Below are positions 45,516 through 55,695 of a stretch of DNA of 64,000 nucleotides, piece after piece. The DNA comes from an uncultured Gammaproteobacteria bacterium (GTDB lineage Bacteria > Patescibacteriota > Microgenomatia > CAZETR01 > Amesbacteraceae). The position numbers and the translations under genes were made by a program. Each line of letters opens with the position of its first letter. Within the stretch, counting starts at the first letter, position 1. The stretch spans positions 236,159 to 300,158 of the forward strand of contig CAZIVL010000001.1 of NCBI GenBank assembly GCA_964543035.1, read 5' to 3'. Below the pieces are notes generated by a model. The model searched no databases and was not told the DNA's origin. It saw only the letters and a list, made by a program, of their open reading frames with translations.

Positions 45516-47311
45516 GACACCTAGCTATATTTGTTTTTCTTTTCATTTATTCATGTGGTTTGGCGGTGGCCAACGATCAATTTATAACGGTAGTTAATCC
45601 TGTCCGCATCTCCCATTACAACCCAGATTCGTCAGAGGGTGTTTCGGCACAATATGGGATTATTAATGAGTTTGGTCTTCCAGCCACCTGGCTTATGACT
45701 TATGACGCGCTTAGCGATCCAAAGCTTGTAAAAGTTATCAAAGGTTTTTCAAACAACCAAGAACTGGGTATATTTATGGAAATCACACCTTCTTTTGCCA
45801 AGGCCTCAGGCGTCACTTATTTCCAGTCGGGGAGCTGGCACTTTGGTTCATCAGTATTTCTGACTGGATACACAAGAGAGGACAGATTAAAGCTAATTGA
45901 CAGAATCTTTTCAAAATTCAAGGAGACATTTGACTCGTATCCGACTTCAGTTGGGGCTTGGTGGATAGACAGCGCTTCAATTAAGTATATGAAAGACAAA
46001 TATGAGATTACTGCAGTACTTGGGTGCGCAGATCAGTATGCCACCGACAATTACCAGTTATGGGGTCAGTATTGGTCTACTCCATTTTATCCCAGCCTGC
46101 ATCACGCCGGTACTCCCGCCCAAGACGTCAGTAACAAGATTGACGTTGTCAAACTTCAATGGGCGGCCCGCCATCCCCGAGACGGCTATCTAAGTAGCCT
46201 ATATAGCACCCAGGATTATTTCACTCTCCCCAAAAAAGAATCGACAGAGTACTTTTCCAGACTCTTAGATATTTATCAGAAATCCCAAAACAGATTTTCA
46301 CAAATTACAGTAGGCTTAGAGGGCGATTTTTCGCCGAACGTATATCAAGGGGAGTTTAAAAATCAAATAGCAATAGTTGCAAAAAATTCAGCAAAGAAGA
46401 CAACAATGGCAGGTTTTGCTGATTGGTATCAAATGAGTTTCCCAGAAGTCTCTCCTGAACAGACAATTGAAATTGATAACTTTATTTGGTATCAGTCGCC
46501 CTTTTATCGAGTCGGTCTAGACAAAAAGACAAACACAATAGTAGACATGCGTGTCTATTCAAAAAACATCATTGAGCCTTATGATAAATGGCCTCAAAGA
46601 GAAAAAGACTTGCGTATATACATACCATCAGTAATTGACACGCACCAATCACCAAACGAAAAATGGGAGCTTGGAAAAGCGGAAATTAAATTTTCGCCAG
46701 AATACTTAACAATTTCAAATCTTACTTTAGCTCCCCCTAAATGGGTCACAGATTCTTTGTATTTAGAAGTAAAACAGTCAAAGTCAGATACTTGGAAATT
46801 TATTCCAAAAAAAGAGTATCCATGGAGTCCAGAAGGGGCTACTATCCGGGATTGGTCACTCGAGGCAAAGCATATTCTAAAATCTCCTCGCACACTTCTA
46901 AAAACAATATTTTCAAAAGATATCCAGAAGTTGAGCCGCGAGACCTACTCCATTAGTTCTGGTGAGCTAGAAGCACTAGAAAAGCTTCGCCTAATGGAAT
47001 CAGGAAAAGTATTGGTATACGATCACGAATGTCTTCAATGTAGCTGGTTTGGATTGTATCGTCCAGCAGTCTTTGCAAACACCAGAAGATATGTAAAAGA
47101 CTATTCCCAAAAGCCAATTGTATATAACAAATCAATTGTGGAGGCCCAAGATAGGGTGGCCTCAAAAAAAGAGCTTCAAGCTCTTAAAGTAAAATATATA
47201 TATTTAGTAAAATATGCCGATTATCAAGAAATTTTGCCTTTCTCTCCAGGCGATCTGGGCGTGGAAGTTATTTTTGAAAATGCCTATGTCAAAATCTGGC
47301 AAGTAATATGA
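45509..47311 (+). CDS. secreted/extracytoplasmic protein of unknown function (possibly a carbohydrate-processing hydrolase or deacetylase-like fold)
   Basis: About 600 aa. N-terminal signal-like segment (MVRHLAIFVFLFIYSCGLAVA), then a hydrophilic Trp/Tyr-rich domain. No firm motif match. Start coordinates are +/-1 uncertain because the printed line at 45481 disagrees by one base with the ORF track. Confidence 0.4.
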   Translation: MVRHLAIFVFLFIYSCGLAVANDQFITVVNPVRISHYNPDSSEGVSAQYGIINEFGLPATWLMTYDALSDPKLVKVIKGFSNNQELGIFMEITPSFAKASGVTYFQSGSWHFGSSVFLTGYTREDRLKLIDRIFSKFKETFDSYPTSVGAWWIDSASIKYMKDKYEITAVLGCADQYATDNYQLWGQYWSTPFYPSLHHAGTPAQDVSNKIDVVKLQWAARHPRDGYLSSLYSTQDYFTLPKKESTEYFSRLLDIYQKSQNRFSQITVGLEGDFSPNVYQGEFKNQIAIVAKNSAKKTTMAGFADWYQMSFPEVSPEQTIEIDNFIWYQSPFYRVGLDKKTNTIVDMRVYSKNIIEPYDKWPQREKDLRIYIPSVIDTHQSPNEKWELGKAEIKFSPEYLTISNLTLAPPKWVTDSLYLEVKQSKSDTWKFIPKKEYPWSPEGATIRDWSLEAKHILKSPRTLLKTIFSKDIQKLSRETYSISSGELEALEKLRLMESGKVLVYDHECLQCSWFGLYRPAVFANTRRYVKDYSQKPIVYNKSIVEAQDRVASKKELQALKVKYIYLVKYADYQEILPFSPGDLGVEVIFENAYVKIWQVI

Positions 47312-48417
47312 ATATTTTGATCTTAAGCTGGAGAGGACCTGGGCATCCTTTATCAGGTGGTGCGGAGCAGGTGATATGGAAGTATGCCAATCACTGGAAA
47401 AAAAATGGGCACGACATCACCCTCGTGACCTCAAGTTATACAGGAGCAATTCCAAATGAAGTTTTGTCCGGAATCTCGATAATTCGAAAAGCCGATCAAT
47501 ATTTTGGGGTAAAAATATGGACATTCTTTTGGTATTTATTTTTTCCTCACCCCAAGTTTGATCTAGTTATAGATGAATTTCATGGAATCCCGTTTTTTAC
47601 ACCTCTTTATGTTCGTACAAAGAAGCTTGGGCTGATTCACGAATTAGCCAGAGATGTTTGGGCATTAAATCCCTTGCCAAAACCTTTCAATCTTATTCCA
47701 GCAATAATTGGAAAATACACAGAGCCATGGATATTTAAGCTTTTGTACATAAAAACACCGTTTTTGACAGTTTCAGTATCTACTCAGTCTGACTTGAAGA
47801 GTCTGGGTGTTCAAGACGTGACCGTAATAAACAACGGAGTAACTGTACCAAGTACAATAAAACACTATCCAAAAGAAAAAGAATTCACATTAATATTTTT
47901 ATCGGCGTTGGCAGAAGACAAAGGAGTGGAGGATGCGATTCGAGCCTTTATGATTGTAAAAAATAACATTCCAAACACAAAGTTATGGATAGTGGGCAAT
48001 GGCTCTAAATCTTATATAGAAAAACTAAAATCAATTTCAACAAATCCTATATACTTCGGATATGTAACGGATGAGAAAAAATTTGAGTTGTTGTCACGCT
48101 CGCATGTGCTCATTTTTCCCTCAGTACACGAGGGTTGGGGACTCGTGACCGTGGAGGCGGGGCATGTTGGAGTGCCGACTGTGGCATATAATGTGGCAGG
48201 TGTTCGTGACTCAGTCAGACATGGGAATACAGGGCTGTTAGTAAAAAGATACGATATCCAGGGGCTTGCCACCGCATGTCAAAAACTGGCAAAAGACAAA
48301 AAGTTATACTCAAAACTATCCCAGGGCTCAAAAAAATGGTCAAACAACTTTTCATGGACCAAATCAACTTCTCAAAGTCTAAAGTTTATTACCAAGTTAG
48401 TGTATGAGACAAACTAA
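47308..48417 (+). CDS. GT4 (GT-B fold) glycosyltransferase
   Basis: ATGA overlap. N-terminal ILSWRGPGHPLSGGAEQ. C-terminal EGWGLVTVEAGHVGVPTVA. Confidence 0.75.
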   Translation: MNILILSWRGPGHPLSGGAEQVIWKYANHWKKNGHDITLVTSSYTGAIPNEVLSGISIIRKADQYFGVKIWTFFWYLFFPHPKFDLVIDEFHGIPFFTPLYVRTKKLGLIHELARDVWALNPLPKPFNLIPAIIGKYTEPWIFKLLYIKTPFLTVSVSTQSDLKSLGVQDVTVINNGVTVPSTIKHYPKEKEFTLIFLSALAEDKGVEDAIRAFMIVKNNIPNTKLWIVGNGSKSYIEKLKSISTNPIYFGYVTDEKKFELLSRSHVLIFPSVHEGWGLVTVEAGHVGVPTVAYNVAGVRDSVRHGNTGLLVKRYDIQGLATACQKLAKDKKLYSKLSQGSKKWSNNFSWTKSTSQSLKFITKLVYETN

Positions 48418-49174
48418 AGCAGATAAAGTAATCATTGTGACAGGGGCTGGATCAGGACTTGGGCAGTCTGTAGCAAATAAGTTAATCAGCATGGGCTATT
48501 TAGTCTATGGGACTTACCATACACGAAAACCAGTTGAGCCCAAATTTATTCCAATAAAATTAGATATTACAAACTTTTCACATTGCGAAAAAGTAATTAA
48601 TCTAATTATCAAAAAACATCATCATGTGGATGTCCTGATCAATTGCGCAGCTCTTACTCTAACAGGTCCGACTCTGTCATTTTCATACATTGATTTTGAA
48701 AACTCTTTGCGCACAAATATTCTCGGTCCGTTTAGTTTAATAAAGATTAGCAGACCCAGACTGGTGATCAATGTCACATCCCTAAACGGGTTTTTGTCGC
48801 TGCCAAACTTCGGGGTATACAGTGCTTCAAAGCATGGCCTACAAGCACTTGGCATGGCTCTGCGTTACGAGCTTTATGGATCGACTCAGATGGTAAACGT
48901 AGCCCCTGGGGCATTTGCAGGCATGAGTCCGTTAAGTACAAAACGTCCTCTATCTCATACACCAGCAAGAAAAAAATTTCCTATTCTCAACTTTCTCCTC
49001 CCCATCACGTCCCATGAAGCTGTCGTAAACAAGATTTGCTCTCTGGTAGGTACAAAACACGTTCCCTCCCAGGTCTTGATAGGTCCAGATGCCCATATTA
49101 CATACTGGGTTCAAAAGCTTCTTCCTCAGTCTATCTTCGATAAATTAATGCTATTAATATGGAGCAAAAAATGA
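48404..49174 (+). CDS. short-chain dehydrogenase/reductase (SDR)
   Basis: VIIVTGAGSGLGQSVA (TGxxxGxG Rossmann motif) and YSASKHGLQAL (YxxxK catalytic motif). Confidence 0.8.
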   Translation: MRQTKADKVIIVTGAGSGLGQSVANKLISMGYLVYGTYHTRKPVEPKFIPIKLDITNFSHCEKVINLIIKKHHHVDVLINCAALTLTGPTLSFSYIDFENSLRTNILGPFSLIKISRPRLVINVTSLNGFLSLPNFGVYSASKHGLQALGMALRYELYGSTQMVNVAPGAFAGMSPLSTKRPLSHTPARKKFPILNFLLPITSHEAVVNKICSLVGTKHVPSQVLIGPDAHITYWVQKLLPQSIFDKLMLLIWSKK

Positions 49175-50187
49175 AATACCTTCCTTCTATATCAATAGTG
49201 ATTGCAACCTACGATGGGTGCGCAAAGACCTTAGAAAAGTGCCTAAAAATAATCAGATCACAGAATTATCCCCAAAAAAGTATTGAGATTATCTTGGGAG
49301 ACGGGGGACCCAGGTATCAGTCAGCAAAAATTGGTCAAAATTACAAAGTAAAATCTATTAAAATTCCCCATAAAATCCAAAATGCAGAATTTAACCGCGG
49401 CTCAGCCCTAGCTGCAGCCAAAAATGAATTAGTCTTGATCCTCGACCACGACAATTTCTTTCCTAATAAAAATTGGATACAAGACGCTGTCGCTCCATTT
49501 GAAACGTATCCTAGGCTAGTTGCTGCTCAGTCGTATAAATATTACTACGATCGAAGCCTCTCGCTACTAGACAGGTATTTTGCCTTATTTGGTGCCAGCG
49601 AACCACTACCGGTTTATCTAAAAAAATCAGACAAGCTTCAGCAGCATATCACCAGCTGGAATTTGGGGGGCAGCATAGTGTTTGAGAACGACAGATACTA
49701 CATTATAAGTTTTCCAAATAATCCGAGGAAGTTTTTAACAATTGGTTCAAATGGTTGTCTAATTCGTAAGAATTTGTTACTAAAGTATGCGGATATTAGG
49801 CCAGATCATCACTACCCGATAGATGTGATAGTTGACATTGTATCTCACGGATACGACCAGTTTGCCTTTATAAAAAATGCAATTATTCATCAGACAGGGT
49901 ACTCAGGTTTTTGGTCATTTTTAAAACGCAGATACAAGTTTGTTGTCGATTATCACTTCAAACAACATTCCAATCGCAGATATAGTGTTGTAATGCCAGG
50001 AGACGAAATAAACGTCATCAGATTTGCAATATACAGTATGACTTTAATAGGCCCTGTATTTCATTCTCTGGTTGGATTTTGGCATATTCATGATGTAGCC
50101 TGGTTTTTACATGTACCAATGTGTATTTTTACGACAATTATTTATGCGATACCTACAGTAAAAAGTTGGCTCAAACTGAAGTCTTAA
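49171..50187 (+). CDS. GT2-like glycosyltransferase
   Basis: ATGA overlap. GGAG sits 6 nt upstream of the ATG. SISIVIATYDGCAKTLEKCL...IEIILGDGG...ILDHDN. Confidence 0.6.
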   Translation: MKYLPSISIVIATYDGCAKTLEKCLKIIRSQNYPQKSIEIILGDGGPRYQSAKIGQNYKVKSIKIPHKIQNAEFNRGSALAAAKNELVLILDHDNFFPNKNWIQDAVAPFETYPRLVAAQSYKYYYDRSLSLLDRYFALFGASEPLPVYLKKSDKLQQHITSWNLGGSIVFENDRYYIISFPNNPRKFLTIGSNGCLIRKNLLLKYADIRPDHHYPIDVIVDIVSHGYDQFAFIKNAIIHQTGYSGFWSFLKRRYKFVVDYHFKQHSNRRYSVVMPGDEINVIRFAIYSMTLIGPVFHSLVGFWHIHDVAWFLHVPMCIFTTIIYAIPTVKSWLKLKS

Positions 50188-51272
50188 TTACTTGTATATC
50201 CTTTGCCCCTAACATAGGTGGACTAGAAACCCATCTACTGGACCTAACGTCGGGACTAGTAGAAAAGAACTACAAGTGTCATGTATTGACATACATGCCA
50301 ATCACAACCAAAGTCAAAGCAGCTATTTTTGAAAAGCATCCAGGGCTGACCATCTACAGGATACCTTGGATCGGCGGGTTGTTTTACAAACTTACTCATC
50401 TGGCATTTCTTGAATTTATCTACCTTTCTCCAGGGCTCTTTTTTGCTTTGCCGATTCTTCTGATGGGGCCAGCCAGAAATATAAATACAATTCACTCACA
50501 TGGGTTAATAGCAGGCTTTGTATCTGTTTTTTGGGGAAAAGTATTTAGAAAAAGAGTGTTAACGACCACGCATAGTATGTACAATTTTCCCCAAAAAGGT
50601 CTTTATAGACAGTTTGCTTCTTTAATATTCAGGATAAGTGATCACACACTGTGTCTCTCAAAAAAATCATACCAGGAGATTACTTCCTTGGGAGTTACAA
50701 AAAATAGAGCGTCGGTATTCACTTACTGGATAGACCTTAACAAGTTCTCACCCGTTTCTAATGCCAAAGGAAAATTAAAAATAAAGTTTAACTTCGCAGT
50801 TCTTTTTGTAGGCAGACTGGTAGAGGAAAAAGGGATAAAAGAGTTACTAGAGGCCTCAAAATTATGGTCAGCAAAAATTAAGTTGTTAATTGCAGGCACT
50901 GGACCCATGGAAGCCAGTATTCCTAAGTCCAGTTATCTTGGCCCAATAAGAAACGATTTACTTCCTGCATATTTCAGCGCAGCAGACATAACTATTGTGC
51001 CTTCTACTCACGATGAAGGATTCGGAAGGGTAATTTTAGAGTCGCTAGCCTGCGGTACCCCTGTAATCGCAGCCAACAGGGGTGCGATCCCAGAAGCGTT
51101 AAACGAGTCTGTTGGAAAATTGATCAATATTTCACCAAAAAATATTGCAAGTACGATAAACTACTTCTTTACACACCGTTCGGAACTTGCTAAATTAGCG
51201 CGAAAGTGTCGCCCATTTGCAATTTCGCGATATAGCTCAACAAATTTATTTTCTATCACAAAGTTTTATTAA
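50166..51272 (+). CDS. GT4 (GT-B fold) glycosyltransferase (start uncertain)
   Basis: EGFGRVILESLACGTPVIAANRGAIPE. The ORF is open from 50121 and would overlap the upstream CDS by 66 nt. An in-frame TTG at 50166 is an alternative start. Confidence 0.65.
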   Translation: MAQTEVLITCISFAPNIGGLETHLLDLTSGLVEKNYKCHVLTYMPITTKVKAAIFEKHPGLTIYRIPWIGGLFYKLTHLAFLEFIYLSPGLFFALPILLMGPARNINTIHSHGLIAGFVSVFWGKVFRKRVLTTTHSMYNFPQKGLYRQFASLIFRISDHTLCLSKKSYQEITSLGVTKNRASVFTYWIDLNKFSPVSNAKGKLKIKFNFAVLFVGRLVEEKGIKELLEASKLWSAKIKLLIAGTGPMEASIPKSSYLGPIRNDLLPAYFSAADITIVPSTHDEGFGRVILESLACGTPVIAANRGAIPEALNESVGKLINISPKNIASTINYFFTHRSELAKLARKCRPFAISRYSSTNLFSITKFY

Positions 51273-52112
51273 ATGACAGATCGTCAAAATCAAAAATTAG
51301 AGCAACTTCTTGCCAACACCGGGGACATCGCTCTAAAAAGAAGAGCTCGAAGGATAATTCAAGAAATTGACCCAAAGCCAGGAGACAAGATTCTTGATGT
51401 TGGATGTGGCGATGGATATTATTTGTATTTGTTGTCAAATTTGGGTGTGCGTCTTTCCTTGGTAGGTACGGATTTGGATTCGGCAGGGATGGCCAGTGGT
51501 AAGAAAAATCTTAAAGGAAAACGTATTCGCTTTATTGAAGCAGATCTTATGAAGCCACTTCCATTCAAAAAGAATTACTTTGACAAAGTTGTCATGTCTG
51601 AAGTAGCAGAACACTTGCCCAACGACCTTACCGGTCTGAAAAATGTTCAAAAGAGTCTAAAACCTGGTGGAGTTCTCTGTCTTTCCGTGCCAAACAAAAA
51701 TTATCCCTTGCTCTGGGACCCGGTCAATTGGTTTCTAGAAAGAATTACCGGAAGACACATTGTTTCTGGTTTTTGGGCTGGTCTTTGGAATCAGCATTTA
51801 CGGTTATACACACCCATTCAAATAAGTGATGTTGTCAGGCGAGCAGGTTTTAAAATTTCTTGTCTTGAAAGTCTTACTTTTTGGTCTTTGCCCTTCAATC
51901 ACAATCTCATAAACTTTGGGGCCAGAAGGTTACATGGAGGAGCTCTGTCAAAAGCAGATTCAGACGCCATAAATAAGTTTAAACCCGCAAAAAGCAGGCC
52001 GTGGTACATAGAATTATTTTTTAGGGTATCTCAAGCAATAGACAGCCTGAATGATATTTGGACACCTAGCCCAGATTGGGGTGTGGGTGTATTTATCAAG
52101 GCAATAAAATGA
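51273..52112 (+). CDS. class I SAM-dependent methyltransferase
   Basis: ILDVGCGDGYY (motif I) ... VVMSEVAEHL. The ATG directly follows the upstream TAA. Confidence 0.75.
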   Translation: MTDRQNQKLEQLLANTGDIALKRRARRIIQEIDPKPGDKILDVGCGDGYYLYLLSNLGVRLSLVGTDLDSAGMASGKKNLKGKRIRFIEADLMKPLPFKKNYFDKVVMSEVAEHLPNDLTGLKNVQKSLKPGGVLCLSVPNKNYPLLWDPVNWFLERITGRHIVSGFWAGLWNQHLRLYTPIQISDVVRRAGFKISCLESLTFWSLPFNHNLINFGARRLHGGALSKADSDAINKFKPAKSRPWYIELFFRVSQAIDSLNDIWTPSPDWGVGVFIKAIK

Positions 52113-52833
52113 TAAGAACATCATTATCAGTAATTCTTCCCGCCTACAATGAAGAGGAAAACATCTCGTTCATAATTAAAAACGTCGAGGAATATCTAAA
52201 AAAAAAATTAAGGATTTTGAAATAATTGTTGTTGATGACGGCAGCACGGACAATACATCTGTCAAAGTAAAAAAACTTATATCTAGTAGATCGTATCTTC
52301 GTCTGATTAGCTATACTCCAAATAAGGGCTATGGTCATGCACTGCGAACAGGTTTTTTAAGTGCAAGAAAATCATTAGTGTTCTACACAGATTCTGATAG
52401 TCAATTTGATATTTCTGATTTAGACATTGTCCTGCCGATGGCCAATTATTACGATATTGTGGCCGGATACAGGCTAAATCGACAAGATCCATTGATGCGG
52501 ATATTTATAGCATTCGTCTACAATCGTTTAATAAAATTAACATTAGGCTTGTCTATCAGAGACGTCGATTGTTCTTTTAAAATATATAATCGAAAAGTAT
52601 TTGAGTCAATTACAATGACCTCTGATACTGGTCTAATAGATGCGGAGGTTTTAATCAAAGCGAAAAAAAAAGGGTTTTCTATAACGCAAGTAGGAGTGCG
52701 TCATTTTCCGAGAGTAAGGGGAAAAACAATGTACGAAGTAGGACAAAGAAATCACTTTTTTGCATTTGTCCGTCCTCAAGTTATTATTGATTTACTTTAC
52801 GAAATATTTAAGCTAAAAAAGGAAGTTTTATGA
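52109..52833 (+). pseudogene. GT2 polyprenyl-phosphate sugar synthase (DPM1/GtrB-like) disrupted by a frameshift in an A10 homopolymer (52198-52207)
   Basis: Frame 0 from ATG 52109 reads MIRTSLSVILPAYNEEENISFIIKNVEEYLKKK and then stops at 52223. Frame +2 is open from 52180 and reads ...KKKIKDFEIIVVDDGSTDNT...YTDSDSQFD...CSFKIY to 52833. One extra A (A11) would restore YLKKKIKDFEIIVVDDGS. The ORF track lists only the 3' fragment (52378..52833). Confidence 0.7.
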
Positions 52834-53804
52834 AAAAGTTTTCCTTAGTTTCAATTATTGTTCCTCTTTACGTAATAGAGAAAAGATTTTTTATTGATTT
52901 GCATCGATTTGCCAGTCTTGATTATCCAAATTTTGAAATACTAATAGTTACTGACAAAAAAGTAGTGTTTCCAAAAATTAAAAAACTTAATATACGTCTA
53001 ATTATCACTGGACACACAAAAACAGGTCCTGCAGAAAAAAGAGATATAGCAATTGCAAAGGCCAGAGGAGAAATCTGTGCATTTATTGATGACGATGCTT
53101 ACCCAAGACCCGATTGGCTGTCGAGAGCAATGCTTATTATGAACAAATATAAAGTGTCTGCAGTCTGTGGGCCTGGTGTTACTCCTCCAGAAGATGATTA
53201 TTGGAGGCAAATGACAGGAATCGTATATAGTTCATTTTTCTGTGGGGGCCATGCTCAATACAGATTTGTACAACAATCCGCTCGGTATGTGTATGATTAT
53301 CCTGCCTATAATTTGTTGGTTAGAACGAAAGCGCTAAAATCAGTAGGAGGATATGGAAATCATTTTTACGGGGGTGAAGACACATTTTTGTGTCTTAAGC
53401 TAATTCGTCTTGGTCACCAGATTCGTTACGATCCATCAATTGTAGTATTTCATCACAGAAGACCTTTATACATAAGTTATCTAAAGCAAATTGCAAATAT
53501 TGGTTTACATAGAGGATACTTTGCCAGAGTCTTTAAGAAGACTTCGGCCTATCCTGGGTATTTTCTTCCATCCGTTCTTTTTTTAGGTCTTAGCGCTCTA
53601 ATAATTACCTCTTTTTTTATTGAAATGTCACGAATCACACTTGCAATTTTATTTCCTACAATGTTGCTACTTGCCATGATAAGCGTGATAAAAAAGACCT
53701 CTATTTTAAACTCGTTTATTGTGGCCTGGGGAATTATATTTACTCACGTTGCCTATGGGGCAAGTTTTATTAGAGGCTACCTTACTTCAAAACTAATCCA
53801 CTAG
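52830..53804 (+). CDS. GT2 glycosyltransferase with C-terminal TM helices
   Basis: ATGA overlap. VSIIVPLY...ILIVTDKK...FIDDDAYP. Two or three C-terminal TM helices. Confidence 0.7.
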   Translation: MKKFSLVSIIVPLYVIEKRFFIDLHRFASLDYPNFEILIVTDKKVVFPKIKKLNIRLIITGHTKTGPAEKRDIAIAKARGEICAFIDDDAYPRPDWLSRAMLIMNKYKVSAVCGPGVTPPEDDYWRQMTGIVYSSFFCGGHAQYRFVQQSARYVYDYPAYNLLVRTKALKSVGGYGNHFYGGEDTFLCLKLIRLGHQIRYDPSIVVFHHRRPLYISYLKQIANIGLHRGYFARVFKKTSAYPGYFLPSVLFLGLSALIITSFFIEMSRITLAILFPTMLLLAMISVIKKTSILNSFIVAWGIIFTHVAYGASFIRGYLTSKLIH

Positions 53805-54832
53805 ATACTCAGCATTTTCCTAATCATTCTTATGCCTGTTGGATTTGTCATAGACTTGATTACCAGCAAATCAGTAAGCACAAGAGCAGTTATTGGTTCC
53901 CACAAATAAGCACTATCGCGATGTCTTACAGACAGATAAATTGATTTAATCAATTCTGGAACAAATAAATTGGCGTATATTATCCAATACACAATTTTTA
54001 ACAAATCCTGACTATTGTCAGTCCTAAACCACACAAACCGTTTGCGTTCCAAAGTAGAAAAGAAATTTCCTTCAAGGTTTCTAAGTCTCTTTTTTATAAA
54101 ATGAACAAAGTTAGACGCGTGATAATGCCTAATTTTGGCATCAGGCACAAATGCGTAAAATTGGTGTCCTTCTTCAACCATTATTTGCAATGAGTCAAGG
54201 TCATAAAAAGCAACGTCGTTCTTAATACTAGTGCTTAAAAGAAGTTTTCTTCTGTACATAATACGTCCTGAAGGAGGGACCTTGTGAGGTTCAAAACGAC
54301 ATAAAAAATAAGTCTCTTTGTCATCTACAATAGTTTCTTCAATGTCAGTCGAAAAAAATTTTAATACAGGGTCTCGTTGGGTATTGTCATATGATAGATA
54401 TCTCAAAAATGAGCTACTTTCCTTGGGCAGTCCATCTATTGCATACTCTCTTGTCAGAGAGCCAGTTATTGTGGGGTTCTGAACCAGGGGAGCAACAAGT
54501 TTCTTTAAAAAATCTTTATCGCATATTTCCATATCGGCGTCCATCCAATACACAAGGTCACCTTTGGCCATATGTAACCCAAGCCCTTTGTTGTATTCGG
54601 TTCGATAATACACTGGATGAGTTATTTTGCTTCTATCGATTGTTATCACCTTAGCGCCAAACTCTCGCAATAGTTGAGGAGAGTTATCAGTAGATTCGTC
54701 ATCTACAGCAATGTATTCAATCTTTTTTTTTGGATACGATTGTGCGGTAAGCGATGGCAATAATCTTGATAAATTAGTCGACTCGTTAAAAACAAAAAAG
54801 AGTATGGAAATGGTGGGGTATTGGACGGTCAC
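53801..54832 (-). CDS. GT2 glycosyltransferase
   Basis: ISILFFVFNESTNLSRLLPSL...EYIAVDDESTDNS...WMDADME. Confidence 0.7.
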   Translation of the reverse strand: MTVQYPTISILFFVFNESTNLSRLLPSLTAQSYPKKKIEYIAVDDESTDNSPQLLREFGAKVITIDRSKITHPVYYRTEYNKGLGLHMAKGDLVYWMDADMEICDKDFLKKLVAPLVQNPTITGSLTREYAIDGLPKESSSFLRYLSYDNTQRDPVLKFFSTDIEETIVDDKETYFLCRFEPHKVPPSGRIMYRRKLLLSTSIKNDVAFYDLDSLQIMVEEGHQFYAFVPDAKIRHYHASNFVHFIKKRLRNLEGNFFSTLERKRFVWFRTDNSQDLLKIVYWIIYANLFVPELIKSIYLSVRHRDSAYLWEPITALVLTDLLVIKSMTNPTGIRMIRKMLSI

Positions 54833-55695
54833 AGAAACTTTCTTATCAAAGTGCGAATTTTTTGAGATACCTTTGAAGTAATTAAAGGATACAATATTTT
54901 ATTTCTCAGTTCTCCTGGTCTAGCTTTAAACAAAGTGTTGTGAAACTCTTCGTCTTCTCCGGGAGCTGGTGCGTTGCTGTAATAATAAGCCGCCAACGAT
55001 TTACGAGTTACCCCATCGGGAAGGTCCATTTTTGCATAGCCATGATGACTATATTTGTCTGTCGCAAAGATCAGACATCTATTAAAAATCGGTGCAACAC
55101 TTTTTTCACACTTTGTCATGTCTTTGTCCCACATTTCCAAATTTCCTCCATATTTACTTTTCCAATTTTTGTTTAGATAGATCAAAATATTTAATCGGCG
55201 ATACTTTCCTGTCACTGGGTGTTTGTTAAAATCCGCGTGTATATCCAAAAAACTTCCTGACGAACCTTGGTGAAGGCCGCCACCCGCCAGATCCTGATCA
55301 GGTAGGACAGGATCAATGCCAGAAATACTAGCCACAATTTTTCGAAATTCTGGACTCATAAGCTCACGAAATACTTGCCTAAATATTGGAGACATTTTTG
55401 TAGTGTCTGAAAGTTGATTTTTTTTCTCTGCCACCCCGCTAAAAGCACTGCTCATCTGCATTTGGGCCACCGTAGGAAACTCCAAATACATTTTTTCTGA
55501 GGCTCTTTTTTTAAAAAAATTCTCAATTACTAAATGAGGGTAGGGTTTAGCATTTTTAAATGACTTTGAATATTTACTTAAGTTAGCTTTGATATTTTTT
55601 AGATTTATTGCACTTTCCATTTGAAAAATTATACTACGATTCGTTTTTTTGGGCCATAACATGAATTTGAATCCAACCTTTGCCCCTGTGCTCAC
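54829..55695 (-). CDS. 2OG-Fe(II) oxygenase, prolyl-4-hydroxylase-like (start uncertain; ATGs at 55695, 55662, 55620)
   Basis: HQGSSGSFLDIHAD (HxD), a second His in SHHGY, and RKS (RxS 2-oxoglutarate-binding motif). N-terminal PYPHLVIENFF typical of P4H-like 2OG oxygenases. Confidence 0.65.
   Translation of the reverse strand: MSTGAKVGFKFMLWPKKTNRSIIFQMESAINLKNIKANLSKYSKSFKNAKPYPHLVIENFFKKRASEKMYLEFPTVAQMQMSSAFSGVAEKKNQLSDTTKMSPIFRQVFRELMSPEFRKIVASISGIDPVLPDQDLAGGGLHQGSSGSFLDIHADFNKHPVTGKYRRLNILIYLNKNWKSKYGGNLEMWDKDMTKCEKSVAPIFNRCLIFATDKYSHHGYAKMDLPDGVTRKSLAAYYYSNAPAPGEDEEFHNTLFKARPGELRNKILYPLITSKVSQKIRTLIRKFL

Noticed and set aside
45478-45542. Apparent extra frameshift at the 44736/45509 gene junction
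   Set aside because: The printed line at 45481 disagrees by one base with the ORF track (one A missing in an A-run, one T extra in a T-run 60 nt later). The two cancel out and every other checkpoint agrees. I treated it as a display discrepancy, not biology. Coordinates in 45480-45540 are +/-1.
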